Origin: Candidatus Micrarchaeota archaeon
GTDB lineage: Archaea; Micrarchaeota; Micrarchaeia; Anstonellales; JAHKLY01
Direction of reading: 5' to 3'
DNA length: 64,000 nucleotides
NCBI GenBank assembly: GCA_020854825.1
Contig: JAHKLY010000002.1
Coordinates: 175,485-239,484, forward strand
A program made the position numbers and the translations under genes. This document shows, piece after piece, positions 1 through 10,812 of this stretch (the first letter of the stretch is position 1; every line of letters begins with the position of its first letter). The notes beneath the pieces were generated by a model. That model saw only the letters and a program-made list of their open reading frames with translations, was not told where the DNA came from and did no database searches.

Positions 1-687
1 ATATATTCCATACCTATTTCTAGAATTAAAGCCTTGATTCAAAAAAATGATCAAAGAACCGCAAAAAATATTATAGAACAAAGTATCAATAGATGTGACT
101 TTAATATTGGCACGATAGATAAAAAAATACAAACTGCAACTGATATATGGAAAAATTGGAAAATTAAATTTGATTTATTATTAAAAGAGAAAGGAGAAAT
201 TAGAAAAGAAATGTTAATTGATATCCCAAGAACTTGGAGAAGTTGGACAATTGAAAAATATTTAACAGAAAACTTAGATGAAAATTTGATAATAGAAGGG
301 GGAATCCTTAAGAAAACGACTATGCCTGTAGTTAAGAAAAAAGGGATAGTTGATATTTTAAATTCTTTAAAAAACGAAAAAATAAAAAATGCATCAATAA
401 TACAAATGGATGGAAAAACACTTGCGTCATCATTTGATAAAAACATTAATAAATCCCTCGTTGCAGTATTAGTATCTAGAATGATCAAAGCAGTTAAAAT
501 AATTGAGACAAAAGCAAAAACTGGAAATACTGATTATTTAGTTGCACGTTCAGGTAAAGATCTTTTTTTCGTAAGACCAATAAATAATTTAATCCTATTT
601 TGTATTACTGATTCTAAAATATCCTTAACTACTCTAATAGAATTAACAAATAAAACTGCTGAAGAATTAGATAAAACAGATTCTTAA
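1..687 (+). CDS. Protein with C-terminal Roadblock/LC7-like domain (5'-partial)
   Basis: Frame is open from base 1. C-terminal ~110 aa (IKNASIIQMDGKTLASS...LFCITDSKISL) follow the roadblock pattern. Confidence 0.6.
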   Translation: MYSIPISRIKALIQKNDQRTAKNIIEQSINRCDFNIGTIDKKIQTATDIWKNWKIKFDLLLKEKGEIRKEMLIDIPRTWRSWTIEKYLTENLDENLIIEGGILKKTTMPVVKKKGIVDILNSLKNEKIKNASIIQMDGKTLASSFDKNINKSLVAVLVSRMIKAVKIIETKAKTGNTDYLVARSGKDLFFVRPINNLILFCITDSKISLTTLIELTNKTAEELDKTDS

Positions 688-761
688 GTTCCGAACAATA
701 GTATCAATATTTTTAAATGAAAGAGTTCACAAAAGATAATATAAATCTTGGAGGAGATTAA

Positions 762-2660
762 ATGAGAAAAATAATTTTAGTATTTGGATTGACTGCATTT
801 ATTTTCTTAATGCTTAATGGATGTACATTTATAGAACCACACGAAAATAGAAGTATTCTGAATTTATTTGATGCTGAAAAAGAATTAGATTTTTTTCCTG
901 CTAAAACAATAGAAAATATTGAAAATGCAATAAAATTATCTGAACAGCCTTATTATTATGGGAGTACAAATTTAATAAGATTTGAAACAGATGCAATAAT
1001 GGCAGAAAGTATTATGACAAAAGCGAGTCCTTCAGATTATTCTACAACAAATGTTCAAGTTTTAGGCATTGATGAATTAGATATTGTTAAAATTGACAGT
1101 TTAACAGGTAATAAAATCTACTATCTAAATAGCAACAAATTAAGTTTAATTAATTCATTTCCTACAAAAGATATGGAAGTATATAAAACTATAAACACTG
1201 AATATGGACAAGGTTTATATGAACACGAAAATTCTATAATGACATTATCATATAATAAAATTAATGTGATTGATAAAGAAGGAAATACAAAATGGTATGC
1301 AAATTTAAATTCTACATATATTGATTCTAGAATGAAAGATGGAATTGTGTACTTAATTTTAATGGAATATCCAAACTACCCTTATATCCCAAAACCATTA
1401 ACAGTATGTAATGAAATATGTAAAGAAATTAACATAAATTATGACAACATTTATCTACCTAGAAATATAGACGCTCAAGTTTTTTATGATATCATCTCTA
1501 TTAAAATAGAAACCGGAGAAGTAATTGATAAAAAAACATTTATGGGTCCCTATTCCTCAAATGTATATGTATCAAATGAAAATATTTATTTTGGAATGCA
1601 TAAAATAAAATCAGATAGTGAAGTTATGTTTTATTATCTTTTAGAGCAGGGAGAAGATATTTTATCTGAAACCCAGTATGAAAGATTAATTTATTTAAAT
1701 TCTTTAAATATATCAGACGCAGCAAAAGCTTTAGAATTTAATAATTTAATACAAGAAATTTATTATGGGTTAACACTAGAAGCAAAAGCAGAATTACAAA
1801 ATAAATTAACTAAAGGGTATTCTTTATATTTATCCTCAAATCCAGAGAAAAAAGAATATACTGGAATTTTAAAGATAAATTATGAATTGGGTGCCTTAAA
1901 TATGAGCGAAACTGCCACCATTCCTGGAAGATTATTAAACCAATTTTCGATGGATGAATATGATCATAATTTAAGAGCTGCATATACATTTGATTTTGGA
2001 GTTAATTCAGAAAATGGATTGATAATCTTAGATGAGAACATGGGTGAACTTTCAAGAATAACTGGATTAGCTGAAGGTGAAAGAATTTATGCAGTAAGAT
2101 TTATGGGCGAAACTGGATATATTGTTACCTTTAGACAAATAGATCCATTATTTGTTATTGATTTATCTAATGCCTCAAATCCAGAAGTTAAAGGAGAATT
2201 AAAAATACCTGGATATTCAACATATTTACATCCAATAGGAGAAGGTAAATTACTAGGTGTTGGACAAGAAGACTGGAAAATGAAATTATCTCTCTTTGAT
2301 GTTTCAAACCCAAGTAAACCAACAGAATTAGATTCATTTATAACAGAAGAAGGATGGAGCGAAGCATTATATAATCATCATGCTTTCTTATGGAATCCAA
2401 ATGAAAATTTTGTTATATTACCTATGGGAAGTAAAAACTATGTATTTGAGATAAAAAATAATAAAATAGGTATGAGAAAAATAATAAATGAAAATGCAGT
2501 TAGAAACATATATGCAGATAATGTATTATATGTAATAACTAGACAAAATATAATTGCATATTCAATGGATGATTTCTCCGAAATAAATCAAATATCAGTT
2601 GAAGGAAACGAGTATTATTACGGTCCTTATAGATACACAACAGATATAGATAGATCTTAA
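762..2660 (+). CDS. Secreted beta-propeller domain lipoprotein (Beta_propel family)
   Basis: GGAGGAG RBS, LNGC lipobox, family motifs YSTTNVQVLGIDELDIVK, LLNQFSMDE, GERIYAVRF, GELKIPGYSTYLHP. Confidence 0.85.
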   Translation: MRKIILVFGLTAFIFLMLNGCTFIEPHENRSILNLFDAEKELDFFPAKTIENIENAIKLSEQPYYYGSTNLIRFETDAIMAESIMTKASPSDYSTTNVQVLGIDELDIVKIDSLTGNKIYYLNSNKLSLINSFPTKDMEVYKTINTEYGQGLYEHENSIMTLSYNKINVIDKEGNTKWYANLNSTYIDSRMKDGIVYLILMEYPNYPYIPKPLTVCNEICKEININYDNIYLPRNIDAQVFYDIISIKIETGEVIDKKTFMGPYSSNVYVSNENIYFGMHKIKSDSEVMFYYLLEQGEDILSETQYERLIYLNSLNISDAAKALEFNNLIQEIYYGLTLEAKAELQNKLTKGYSLYLSSNPEKKEYTGILKINYELGALNMSETATIPGRLLNQFSMDEYDHNLRAAYTFDFGVNSENGLIILDENMGELSRITGLAEGERIYAVRFMGETGYIVTFRQIDPLFVIDLSNASNPEVKGELKIPGYSTYLHPIGEGKLLGVGQEDWKMKLSLFDVSNPSKPTELDSFITEEGWSEALYNHHAFLWNPNENFVILPMGSKNYVFEIKNNKIGMRKIINENAVRNIYADNVLYVITRQNIIAYSMDDFSEINQISVEGNEYYYGPYRYTTDIDRS

Positions 2661-2694
2661 AATATATAGATTGGGCAATGATCTAAAAAATAAC

Positions 2695-2740
2695 AAAAGG
2701 TCTTTTGACCTTTTTTTATTTTTCTTTTAATTTTTTTTTA
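2695..2740 (+). terminator. Hairpin plus T-tract between convergent genes
   Basis: AAAAGGTC-TTTT-GACCTTTT followed by long T runs. Confidence 0.55.
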
Positions 2741-2754
2741 TTTAAAATTCATTC

Positions 2755-3441
2755 TTATTGTGGCAATTCAAAAACTGAATCCCCTACATTATAATCAATA
2801 TTTTTTAAAGACTGTGTAAATTCTGTTCCATCTGAATTTGTTATATGTAAATATAATTGCGCGCCTGTATCTAAAAAGCACTGTTCAATGGTTTCCAAAT
2901 CATTTGAAAACATAAAACAAATACCTGTTTTATTCATAACAGTTCTCGTAGGTAATTTAACTATTTGTGCTGAATCTAAATTATCAAAAAAAACATTTGG
3001 ATTACTAGACGTTTTAAGAGTATTACACACAACATTACCAATTGCATCAATACATGAATAATTACCTTCTGGGATTAAATACAATGAAACTATCGTCTCT
3101 TCAGTCCCAATTATTGAATCGTGTCTATACTTATCTCCTTTTGAATAAATAATAATATTTCCAGTTATAACTTTGTCTTTATCTAAAAAAACTGTAGTAT
3201 ATGTTGCCTTATATTCTAAATTATTTTTAAGAGATAAAATGCTATTTAAATCAACAGAATCAGAATCCAATGCTCTATTTACAATCCCACCTACTTGATG
3301 TGATTGTTCTATAGAACTATTTTGAATATTATTAGATTCATTTTCTTCATTTGCATTTAATTCCTCATCAACAGATGAATTAATACAACCAAATATCAAT
3401 AAGAACATTATTGGTAATACAAATAGTATATTAAATTTCAT
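2755..3441 (-). CDS. Hypothetical lipoprotein
   Basis: Start reassigned to ATG 3441 (GGTGAG RBS, signal MKFNILFVLPIMFLLIFGC). Ends in the DSVFELP motif. Confidence 0.7.
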   Translation of the reverse strand: MKFNILFVLPIMFLLIFGCINSSVDEELNANEENESNNIQNSSIEQSHQVGGIVNRALDSDSVDLNSILSLKNNLEYKATYTTVFLDKDKVITGNIIIYSKGDKYRHDSIIGTEETIVSLYLIPEGNYSCIDAIGNVVCNTLKTSSNPNVFFDNLDSAQIVKLPTRTVMNKTGICFMFSNDLETIEQCFLDTGAQLYLHITNSDGTEFTQSLKNIDYNVGDSVFELPQ

Positions 3442-3574
3442 AAACTCACCAATTAAATTAAAATACGAAAGTTTATATTTGTAATTACAAGTTTTTAATA
3501 TACGAAAGGTTTTTATTGGTAAAACAATACATATATATGTGATGTATGTGGCTATTAATAATATTAGGAATGAG

Positions 3575-5710
3575 ATGGCAATTATCTCTACATTTATTCT
3601 TATATTATTTTTATGTTTAGCATTCATATCTCTAGATATTGGTTCTCTTAATAAACTATCTGCAGTTGGGCCTTCACCTTTACCTCCTGCCGAAGTATAT
3701 AGACCTAAAAGTAGCTTTAGAGATTACTATGAAGAACAGCAACAATTAATTTTAACTCCTCCTTTAAATCAAGTAGTCGAGGCTTGTCCAGGGGGATGTA
3801 TTTACTATCATGGATGTGTTGATGAAGGTCAATGTATAATTGAAGGGTACATTTGTGAAAAAGGAAGATTTATTGAAAGTTGTGGAAATAAAAAATGTGA
3901 ATATGAATGTGAAACTCCAGATAGTTGTCCTGAAGATTGTGAATTTCAGATTTCATTTTTTGGATATAATCTTGATGATGATAATCACTATATAGGTTGG
4001 ACAAGCGATTATTATAAATACCCTAAAATTCCTAAAGGATCCTATAAACAAACTAGTTATTTATATGAAATATATGAAAATGAATTTAATATTAATTTTA
4101 AAAATGGAAATAGAGAGATTATAAGTTCAATAGTTGAAGAAGGTAAAATACCTAAGCTTACTAGTATGATATTAAAAGTTGATTCTATAAATTGTATGAT
4201 TGACATAAGAAGCTTATTTAAAAAAGAGGGACGAATTGTTAATTATTATAAAAATACAAATTTACTTGTAATTGAAACTCCTTGGTATTTAGTTGATGAC
4301 ATTTCAAAAAATCCTTGTGTAAGAAAAGTATATCCAGATAATTTAATAACTGCTGAATTAGATGTTTCAACACAGAATACAAAAACAAAAGATGTTTGGA
4401 ATATGTTAAGTTTTTATGAACATTGTTATGATGTAAATATTGGTATTGGAACATATCAAGAATGCATTACTCTCTTCCCATATATATCTCATGTTAAAGG
4501 TGACGGAATTGAAATTGCATTTGTAGACACAGGTATTGATACTACTCACATGGATTTTGAAGGAAAAATAACAAAACAAATGAATGTTAGGGGTAGTGTT
4601 CCTGATACTTCAGATGTTACTGATTTAAATGGACATGGAACTCATTGTGCATCAATTGCTTTAGGAACTGGACAAGGTTCTAATAGATATATAGGAAACG
4701 CACCAGATGCAGATATATGGGCAATAAAAGCATTGGACTCTGGAGGATATGGTATGCAATCTTATGTATTAAGGGGCATAAATTATGCTGCAGATCCAAA
4801 TGAAGATGGAGACTGTTCAGATCATGTTGATATTCTTTCTTTAAGTTTAGGCTATTATTTAGGATCAGATGGAACAACACCAGATTCAATTGCAGTTCAA
4901 CATGCAGCTGATTGTGGAGTGTTGGTAGTTAAATCTGCAGGAAATGGAGGAACTTATGGTCATGGTTCAATAACTTCTCCTGGAGATATCGAAGATGTTA
5001 TAACAGTTGGAGCAATTGATAAATTTGATAATATATATTATAAATCTTCTATAGGCCCAGTAGATAATAGGATATTGAAACCAGATTTAGTTGCTCCGGG
5101 GGTAAATATAATCGCTGCAGTTGCTTATGATTCAGAATGGTGGAGAGATTACATAGGTATCCGTGATATTTATGATGAAGTGTATACAAATTCAACTGGA
5201 ACTTCTATGGCAGCACCCCAAGTTGCAGGTGCAGCTGCATTAATTAAAAGTGAAGACCCTGGATTAACAAACACTCAAATAAAATCAAAATTAATGTTAA
5301 GCGCAACACCTTTAGGAAACTCTGTATTTAAAGAGGGGGCCGGAAAATTGAATACTTTAAAAGCACTTCATTGCCCAATTGCAACTTATCCCCAAAATGC
5401 ATTTTTCAATTCACCTAGAATAGGTGATTCTAAAACATTTCAAATCCACAATTTAGAAACAGATTTACTAGAAATACATCTAATCCCTACTCCAATATAT
5501 AGTGAAAGTGGAGAGGTATTAACAACTCAAACACAAGTTACTCCTCAAACTTTTTATTTAGAAAGAGGAGAAATAAAAGAATTTGATTTAGAATTTACTG
5601 AAGTATCTTCAATTACTACTTGGCAATATGGAAGAATTCAAATAATTGTAAGACCATATGGTAAAAGTACTAGCACTGCATATCATATCCCATTTGGAAT
5701 TAAAAAATAA
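3575..5710 (+). CDS. Secreted subtilisin-like S8 serine protease with Cys-rich N-terminal region
   Basis: Catalytic motifs VDTG, HGTH, SAGN, GTSMAAP. N-terminal hydrophobic signal. Start approximate. Confidence 0.9.
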   Translation: MAIISTFILILFLCLAFISLDIGSLNKLSAVGPSPLPPAEVYRPKSSFRDYYEEQQQLILTPPLNQVVEACPGGCIYYHGCVDEGQCIIEGYICEKGRFIESCGNKKCEYECETPDSCPEDCEFQISFFGYNLDDDNHYIGWTSDYYKYPKIPKGSYKQTSYLYEIYENEFNINFKNGNREIISSIVEEGKIPKLTSMILKVDSINCMIDIRSLFKKEGRIVNYYKNTNLLVIETPWYLVDDISKNPCVRKVYPDNLITAELDVSTQNTKTKDVWNMLSFYEHCYDVNIGIGTYQECITLFPYISHVKGDGIEIAFVDTGIDTTHMDFEGKITKQMNVRGSVPDTSDVTDLNGHGTHCASIALGTGQGSNRYIGNAPDADIWAIKALDSGGYGMQSYVLRGINYAADPNEDGDCSDHVDILSLSLGYYLGSDGTTPDSIAVQHAADCGVLVVKSAGNGGTYGHGSITSPGDIEDVITVGAIDKFDNIYYKSSIGPVDNRILKPDLVAPGVNIIAAVAYDSEWWRDYIGIRDIYDEVYTNSTGTSMAAPQVAGAAALIKSEDPGLTNTQIKSKLMLSATPLGNSVFKEGAGKLNTLKALHCPIATYPQNAFFNSPRIGDSKTFQIHNLETDLLEIHLIPTPIYSESGEVLTTQTQVTPQTFYLERGEIKEFDLEFTEVSSITTWQYGRIQIIVRPYGKSTSTAYHIPFGIKK

Positions 5711-5712
5711 AA

Positions 5713-5874
5713 TTATTTGATAAATTTACCTTTAATACAAGCAACACAAATTCCTTCTTTTTGATGTTTGGTACAAACTGATTTTCCACATAATATACAA
5801 GAAATAGCTGCAGGTTCATTACAGATATAACACAAACTTTTAATCTCATTTGTTCTATTTAATAAATTATCCAC
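5713..5874 (-). CDS. Small zinc-finger protein (53 aa, absent from ORF track)
   Basis: GTG start overlaps the eIF2gamma stop. Translation MDNLLNRTNEIKSLCYICNEPAAISCILCGKSVCTKHQKEGICVACIKGKFIK has 7 Cys + 1 His. Confidence 0.7.
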   Translation of the reverse strand: MDNLLNRTNEIKSLCYICNEPAAISCILCGKSVCTKHQKEGICVACIKGKFIK

Positions 5875-7057
5875 TTAATACACCAAAACCACTTAAACGC
5901 CATCTTTGGCCTACTCTTCTACTTATGGCAATTTTAGAATCTTCATCAACACAAACAGATCTTTTTAATGAAACCGTCATTTCATCTCCTTTTATTTTGG
6001 ATATTACTCCAAGTGTGGTTGCAGTACCAATACTTATAACTAAAGGTTCTCCTATTTTTAAAGGAGGATTATCAAAATCTGTTCTATTAAACAACTGATA
6101 TCCAATATTTATAATCTCTTTAGGTTTATCTATTAATCCGGGTTGTAATATAACATTTCCAATTAATCTGTCTCCTTTCGTAATTGCAGGATCAAGTTTA
6201 GTTCCAATTCCAACTAGCCCCCCAGGAATAACTTCTTTTACAGATTTATTCCCAGAATATAAACTTTCAACTTTTAAATTTATTGGATTAATTTCTTCAC
6301 TATCTATTGCTTTTTTAATACCTGGAGATAATTCTACAATATCTCCAATTTTAATTTTGCCTTGTATAACAGACCCCCCAATTACTCCCCCAACTAACTT
6401 ATCAAGATTAGATCCGGGTTTATTTATATCAAAGGATCTTGCCACAAATAATTTAATAGGTAGTGTTTCATCTCTTTTTGGTGTTGGAATTATTTTTTCT
6501 ATAGTTTCAACTAATGCACTAATATTTGTTTCAAAATTAGCAGACATAGGAATAATAGGTGCTTCTTTAAAACCGAAATCATCTAAAAAAAATCTTATTT
6601 CTTTATAATTTTCTATTGCTTTTTCTTTTGAAACTAAATCTATTTTATTTTGTATAACTACAATCTTAGATATTCCTAATGCTTGCAAAACCATCAAATG
6701 TTCTTTTGTTTGGGGCTGTGGACATTTTTCATTTGCTGCAATAACTAATAAAACTCCATCCATTATACTTGAAGCTGAAATTGCTGTTGCCATAAGTGTT
6801 TCATGACCTGGTGCATCTAAAAAAGAAACTTTTCTTAATTCAGTATTTTTTTTACCACAACATTTATCATTGACTCCATATTTATTACACTTTGAACAAT
6901 GATAAAAGGTAGTATCAGCATACCCTATCCTTATTGAAATTCCTCTTTTTAGTTCTTCACTATAAGTATCTGTCCAAACTCCACTAAGTGCTCTTGTAAT
7001 TGACGTCTTTCCATGATCTACATGACCTAATAATCCTATATTTACTTCAGCTTGCAA
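5867..7057 (-). CDS. eif2g: Translation initiation factor 2 gamma subunit
   Basis: QAEVNIG..GHVDHGKT, EELKRGISIRIGY, DAPGHE, PQPQTKEH, NKID. TTG start with GGTGAGG RBS. Confidence 0.97.
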   Translation of the reverse strand: MQAEVNIGLLGHVDHGKTSITRALSGVWTDTYSEELKRGISIRIGYADTTFYHCSKCNKYGVNDKCCGKKNTELRKVSFLDAPGHETLMATAISASSIMDGVLLVIAANEKCPQPQTKEHLMVLQALGISKIVVIQNKIDLVSKEKAIENYKEIRFFLDDFGFKEAPIIPMSANFETNISALVETIEKIIPTPKRDETLPIKLFVARSFDINKPGSNLDKLVGGVIGGSVIQGKIKIGDIVELSPGIKKAIDSEEINPINLKVESLYSGNKSVKEVIPGGLVGIGTKLDPAITKGDRLIGNVILQPGLIDKPKEIINIGYQLFNRTDFDNPPLKIGEPLVISIGTATTLGVISKIKGDEMTVSLKRSVCVDEDSKIAISRRVGQRWRLSGFGVLSG

Positions 7058-7066
7058 TACCTCACC

Positions 7067-7471
7067 TTATTGTTTTTCTTCTGTTGCTTCTTTAGGAGCT
7101 TCTTCTTTACCAAATAATTTTCCAAGAGATGTAGGTCCTTCTTTTGTAACTATTACATTTATTTGATTTACATCTTGACCAATTTGTTTTCCATGAATCA
7201 TTTTTTTTCTTCTTTCTCCAGCAGATTTTTTCTTAAATCCAGGTCCTTTGGACATTAGTACTTTTTGTTTTCCAGACCCTTCTACATCATATCTCATTGG
7301 AAACCCGCTTAAGTCACTTCCCCCTGTAATTTTAAAGGAATAACCTGTAACTCCAATTTGACTTCCTTCAATCGTATCTCCTATTTTTTTACCCATTAAT
7401 GTTCCAATATTTTCTTGTGGAACTTCAACTTGGTATGATTTACCATCTTTATTTCCTATAACTACTTTCAT
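7067..7471 (-). CDS. rps6e: 30S ribosomal protein S6e
   Basis: ITGGSDLSGFPMR, GERRKK motifs. Conserved position upstream of eIF2gamma. Confidence 0.95.
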   Translation of the reverse strand: MKVVIGNKDGKSYQVEVPQENIGTLMGKKIGDTIEGSQIGVTGYSFKITGGSDLSGFPMRYDVEGSGKQKVLMSKGPGFKKKSAGERRKKMIHGKQIGQDVNQINVIVTKEGPTSLGKLFGKEEAPKEATEEKQ

Positions 7472-7667
7472 AAATCCTCACCTTTAATTATTATCTAAAA
7501 TATACCTAATAATAAGTAGTATTGTATATATACACAGAGGTTTATAAATGTTTTTCATATTAAAAAGTCTAATTTTCTATTAAATATATAAAAAATATAA
7601 ATCAGATAGAAATATTTAAATAATATTGGGGAGAACATAAATTCATAATATAATTACTGGTGATTAA

Positions 7668-7937
7668 ATGAAAGTATTAAAGTTTGGGGCTGTCTGGTGT
7701 CAAGGTTGCTTAATTATGAAACCAAGATGGAAAAAACTTGAAGAAAAAAATCCTTGGTTGCATACAGAATATTATGATTATGATAATGACAAAGAAATGG
7801 TTAAAAAATATAATATTAATGATAAATTACCTACCTTTGTTTTTTTAGATAAAGATAACAATGAATTTTTAAGACTTTATGGAGAAATTGAAGAAGACAA
7901 ACTTCAAAAAATTTTAGATGAAAATAAAAATAGATGA
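7668..7937 (+). CDS. Thioredoxin family protein
   Basis: WCQGC active site and LPTFVF cis-Pro motif. Confidence 0.85.
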   Translation: MKVLKFGAVWCQGCLIMKPRWKKLEEKNPWLHTEYYDYDNDKEMVKKYNINDKLPTFVFLDKDNNEFLRLYGEIEEDKLQKILDENKNR

Positions 7938-7941
7938 TTAA

Positions 7942-9084
7942 ATGATAAATAAAAAAATCAACATAACACTTATTTTATTGTTATTAATTAGTTTTACTTT
8001 TGCATCTCCAGATATGTTAGGACATTCCCCAATGAAATCAGAACAAGTAGATTTGTATTTATTTTGGTCTCATGGATGCCCACATTGTGAACATGAAAAA
8101 GACTTTTTAGAAACCTTAGAAATTAAATATTCAAATCTTAATATTCATGAATTTGAAGTTAGCAGAAACAAAACAAATTTTGATTTAATGATCAAAATGG
8201 CTGATAAACTTAATACTACTGTAACTGGAGTACCATTTACAATTGTTGGAGATAACTACTTTAAAGGATGGAATAGTGAAGAAACGACAGGAAAATCCAT
8301 TGAACAAGCAATTTTAGATATTAAGCAAACAAATGGAGATATAATAGACCTTCCTTTTTTTGGAGAAATAGATGTAAAAACCGTTTCTCTCCCAGTATTA
8401 ACAATTATGATTGCAGCGTTAGATGGTTTTAACCCTTGTGCAATGTGGGTGTTATTATTTTTGATTACATTATTATTAGGTATTGAAAATAGATTTAAAA
8501 GATGGCTCTTTGGGGGGGTCTTTATAGGTGCATCTGCACTCGTATATTTTATTATAATGGCTGCATGGTTAAACTTATTTTTATTAGTAGGTTTTATATG
8601 GTGGATAAGATTAGTCATTGGATTAGTTGCAATTGGTGCAGGACTTTATAATTTAAAAAAATATCAAACCAATATTGAAGGTGTTTGTAAAGTAACTGGT
8701 GATGAAAAAAGACAAAAGATTTTTGATAATTTAAAAAATATTGTTCATAAAGAACATATTGTATTTGCATTAATTGGATTAATAATTTTAGCTTTTGCAG
8801 TTAATGTTGTTGAATTAGTTTGTTCTGCTGGTTTTCCTGCTGTTTATACAAATATATTATCTTTAAGCAATTTAACTGCTTTTGAATATTATGCATATTT
8901 AGTTTTATATGTTTTTATATTTCTATTAGATGATTTAATTATATTTATAGTCGCAATGAGAACCTTAGAAATAACTGGAATCTCAACTAAATATAGTAGA
9001 ATGTCTCATTTAATAGGAGGCATACTTATGTTGATATTAGGCGCAATATTAATATTAAAACCTGAACTTATCATGTTTGGTTAA
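7942..9084 (+). CDS. Glutaredoxin-like domain fused to CcdA/DsbD-like membrane domain
   Basis: Signal peptide, GCPHC, then DGFNPCAMWVL and VELVCSAGFP in a multi-TM region. Confidence 0.85.
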   Translation: MINKKINITLILLLLISFTFASPDMLGHSPMKSEQVDLYLFWSHGCPHCEHEKDFLETLEIKYSNLNIHEFEVSRNKTNFDLMIKMADKLNTTVTGVPFTIVGDNYFKGWNSEETTGKSIEQAILDIKQTNGDIIDLPFFGEIDVKTVSLPVLTIMIAALDGFNPCAMWVLLFLITLLLGIENRFKRWLFGGVFIGASALVYFIIMAAWLNLFLLVGFIWWIRLVIGLVAIGAGLYNLKKYQTNIEGVCKVTGDEKRQKIFDNLKNIVHKEHIVFALIGLIILAFAVNVVELVCSAGFPAVYTNILSLSNLTAFEYYAYLVLYVFIFLLDDLIIFIVAMRTLEITGISTKYSRMSHLIGGILMLILGAILILKPELIMFG

Positions 9085-9755
9085 ATTTGCTCTTTCCATC
9101 CATGTAATCTTTGTAATTCTCGTATTTTCTCTTTTATATCCTCAGAATAATAATCTGGAATAATTAGAGGCATGACCTCATGATAACATTTTGAACAAAG
9201 TGCTTCATAATCCTCTTTTCCACCTACTTTAATTGCTTCTGTTTTTTCGATAATAGCATGAGTAAAATAAGCCTCTGCTTGACATTTTGAACAAAACGCA
9301 TTATGGACTATAATTTGAGAATGATGAATGCCTGCCAACAAATCTCCCATATGTGGACAACCTGTATTTGGATCTGCATCTTTAAATGGAAAAGGTTTAT
9401 TTTCAGAAGTAGTTGAAAGACCAGAATAATAAATATTCTTACCAAAAGATAATAATATTCTTATATGATCTATTATTTTACTTTCAAAAAACTGTATTTC
9501 ATCAATAAAAATATCAGTTACTGGGAATTCAGAAAAATCTATAATTATCTGATATCCATCTTCTTTAATTACATTAGCAGGAATAGTTATCCCATTATTA
9601 GTAACTACATCAGTTATATCATACCTATTATCTTTTTTTGGTTTATAAACTTTAAAAGTTCTACCTGCATATTTTTCTCTATTAACTAATCTAACAAGTT
9701 CTTCTGTTTTACCTGAAAACATAGGCCCTAAACACGCAATTAAATTCCCTGCCAT
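9081..9755 (-). CDS. tdk: Thymidine kinase
   Basis: GPMFSGKTEEL, IDEIQFF, Zn lasso with VGGKEDYEALC. Confidence 0.93.
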   Translation of the reverse strand: MAGNLIACLGPMFSGKTEELVRLVNREKYAGRTFKVYKPKKDNRYDITDVVTNNGITIPANVIKEDGYQIIIDFSEFPVTDIFIDEIQFFESKIIDHIRILLSFGKNIYYSGLSTTSENKPFPFKDADPNTGCPHMGDLLAGIHHSQIIVHNAFCSKCQAEAYFTHAIIEKTEAIKVGGKEDYEALCSKCYHEVMPLIIPDYYSEDIKEKIRELQRLHGWKEQI

Positions 9756-9918
9756 TAAATCACCCCATTAAAATTAAAATAATATTAAATACCCAATATA
9801 TTTAAAACCCATAGAGAAACAGAATGGAAAAAACTAGAAAAAACAAACATTTAAATATATAAGCACACACAAATATATTATCTTTATTAATAATTAAACT
9901 AAGTGGAGGGAGATAAAT

Positions 9919-10812
9919 ATGAAAACTGCTGAAATTATGGAAAGAATTGCTAAAAGAGATCCTGCTATTATTGCAACTGGGAACCATTTAATTTGTAATC
10001 CAAGAAACCCTAAATTTTTGAAGGAATATTTAAAGGGAGCAAATACTTCAAATAATTTTCAACGACTATTAACTTTTATGCGAAAACAATGGGACACTGC
10101 AAATGAATTCAATTGTTTAGCAGACGAATTTGAAAAGATGATACCAGATCAAATTATAGGCTTAAATATAATAGAACTTAACAAATTACACTCCAACTTA
10201 TTTGAAATAACTAAAGACTTTTATACATCAATCCCAGAAAATCCCTCTTTTCAAGATTATTTAACTATAAATTCAGAATTCATTCAAATACTAGAATTAA
10301 TTAATGTTTTTTCACAAGATTCTACTGAAATTAAAGGATATTTAATTAAAGAAAGAATTAAAAAAATAGAGGAAGAGCTTGATAAAGAAGCAACAATATT
10401 TTTTAAAACGTTTACCACTTATGCAAGATTAGCAAAATATCCTCAAAGACACAAACTAGGTTTATGGTTTGATAAAATAACTGCAAGAAGAGAAGCATCA
10501 ATATATGGAAAAACCACTTGGGCGTATGAAATTGCTGAAGCACATGCAAATGGGCTTTTGTATTTAATTGATAAATTTGGATATCCTGAATGGGATTCTG
10601 AAAAAGTAGATATTTTTTCAACCGAAATTAATAATTTAAAACAAAAAAGAATAGGTAACATAATCACAAGAGTTAGTAATATTCTAGAAAAAACACATTC
10701 AAAATTCATTGAAAATGTAAATCTAATTAGAGAAATATTCACAAACGCTATAATAAAAAAAATTGATATAACTGAAAAAAGAATTGGTAGTAAAAATGGG
10801 TACTACATATAA
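9919..10812 (+). CDS. Hypothetical protein
   Basis: 297-aa ORF with GGAGGGAG RBS and no recognisable motif. Confidence 0.6.
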   Translation: MKTAEIMERIAKRDPAIIATGNHLICNPRNPKFLKEYLKGANTSNNFQRLLTFMRKQWDTANEFNCLADEFEKMIPDQIIGLNIIELNKLHSNLFEITKDFYTSIPENPSFQDYLTINSEFIQILELINVFSQDSTEIKGYLIKERIKKIEEELDKEATIFFKTFTTYARLAKYPQRHKLGLWFDKITARREASIYGKTTWAYEIAEAHANGLLYLIDKFGYPEWDSEKVDIFSTEINNLKQKRIGNIITRVSNILEKTHSKFIENVNLIREIFTNAIIKKIDITEKRIGSKNGYYI

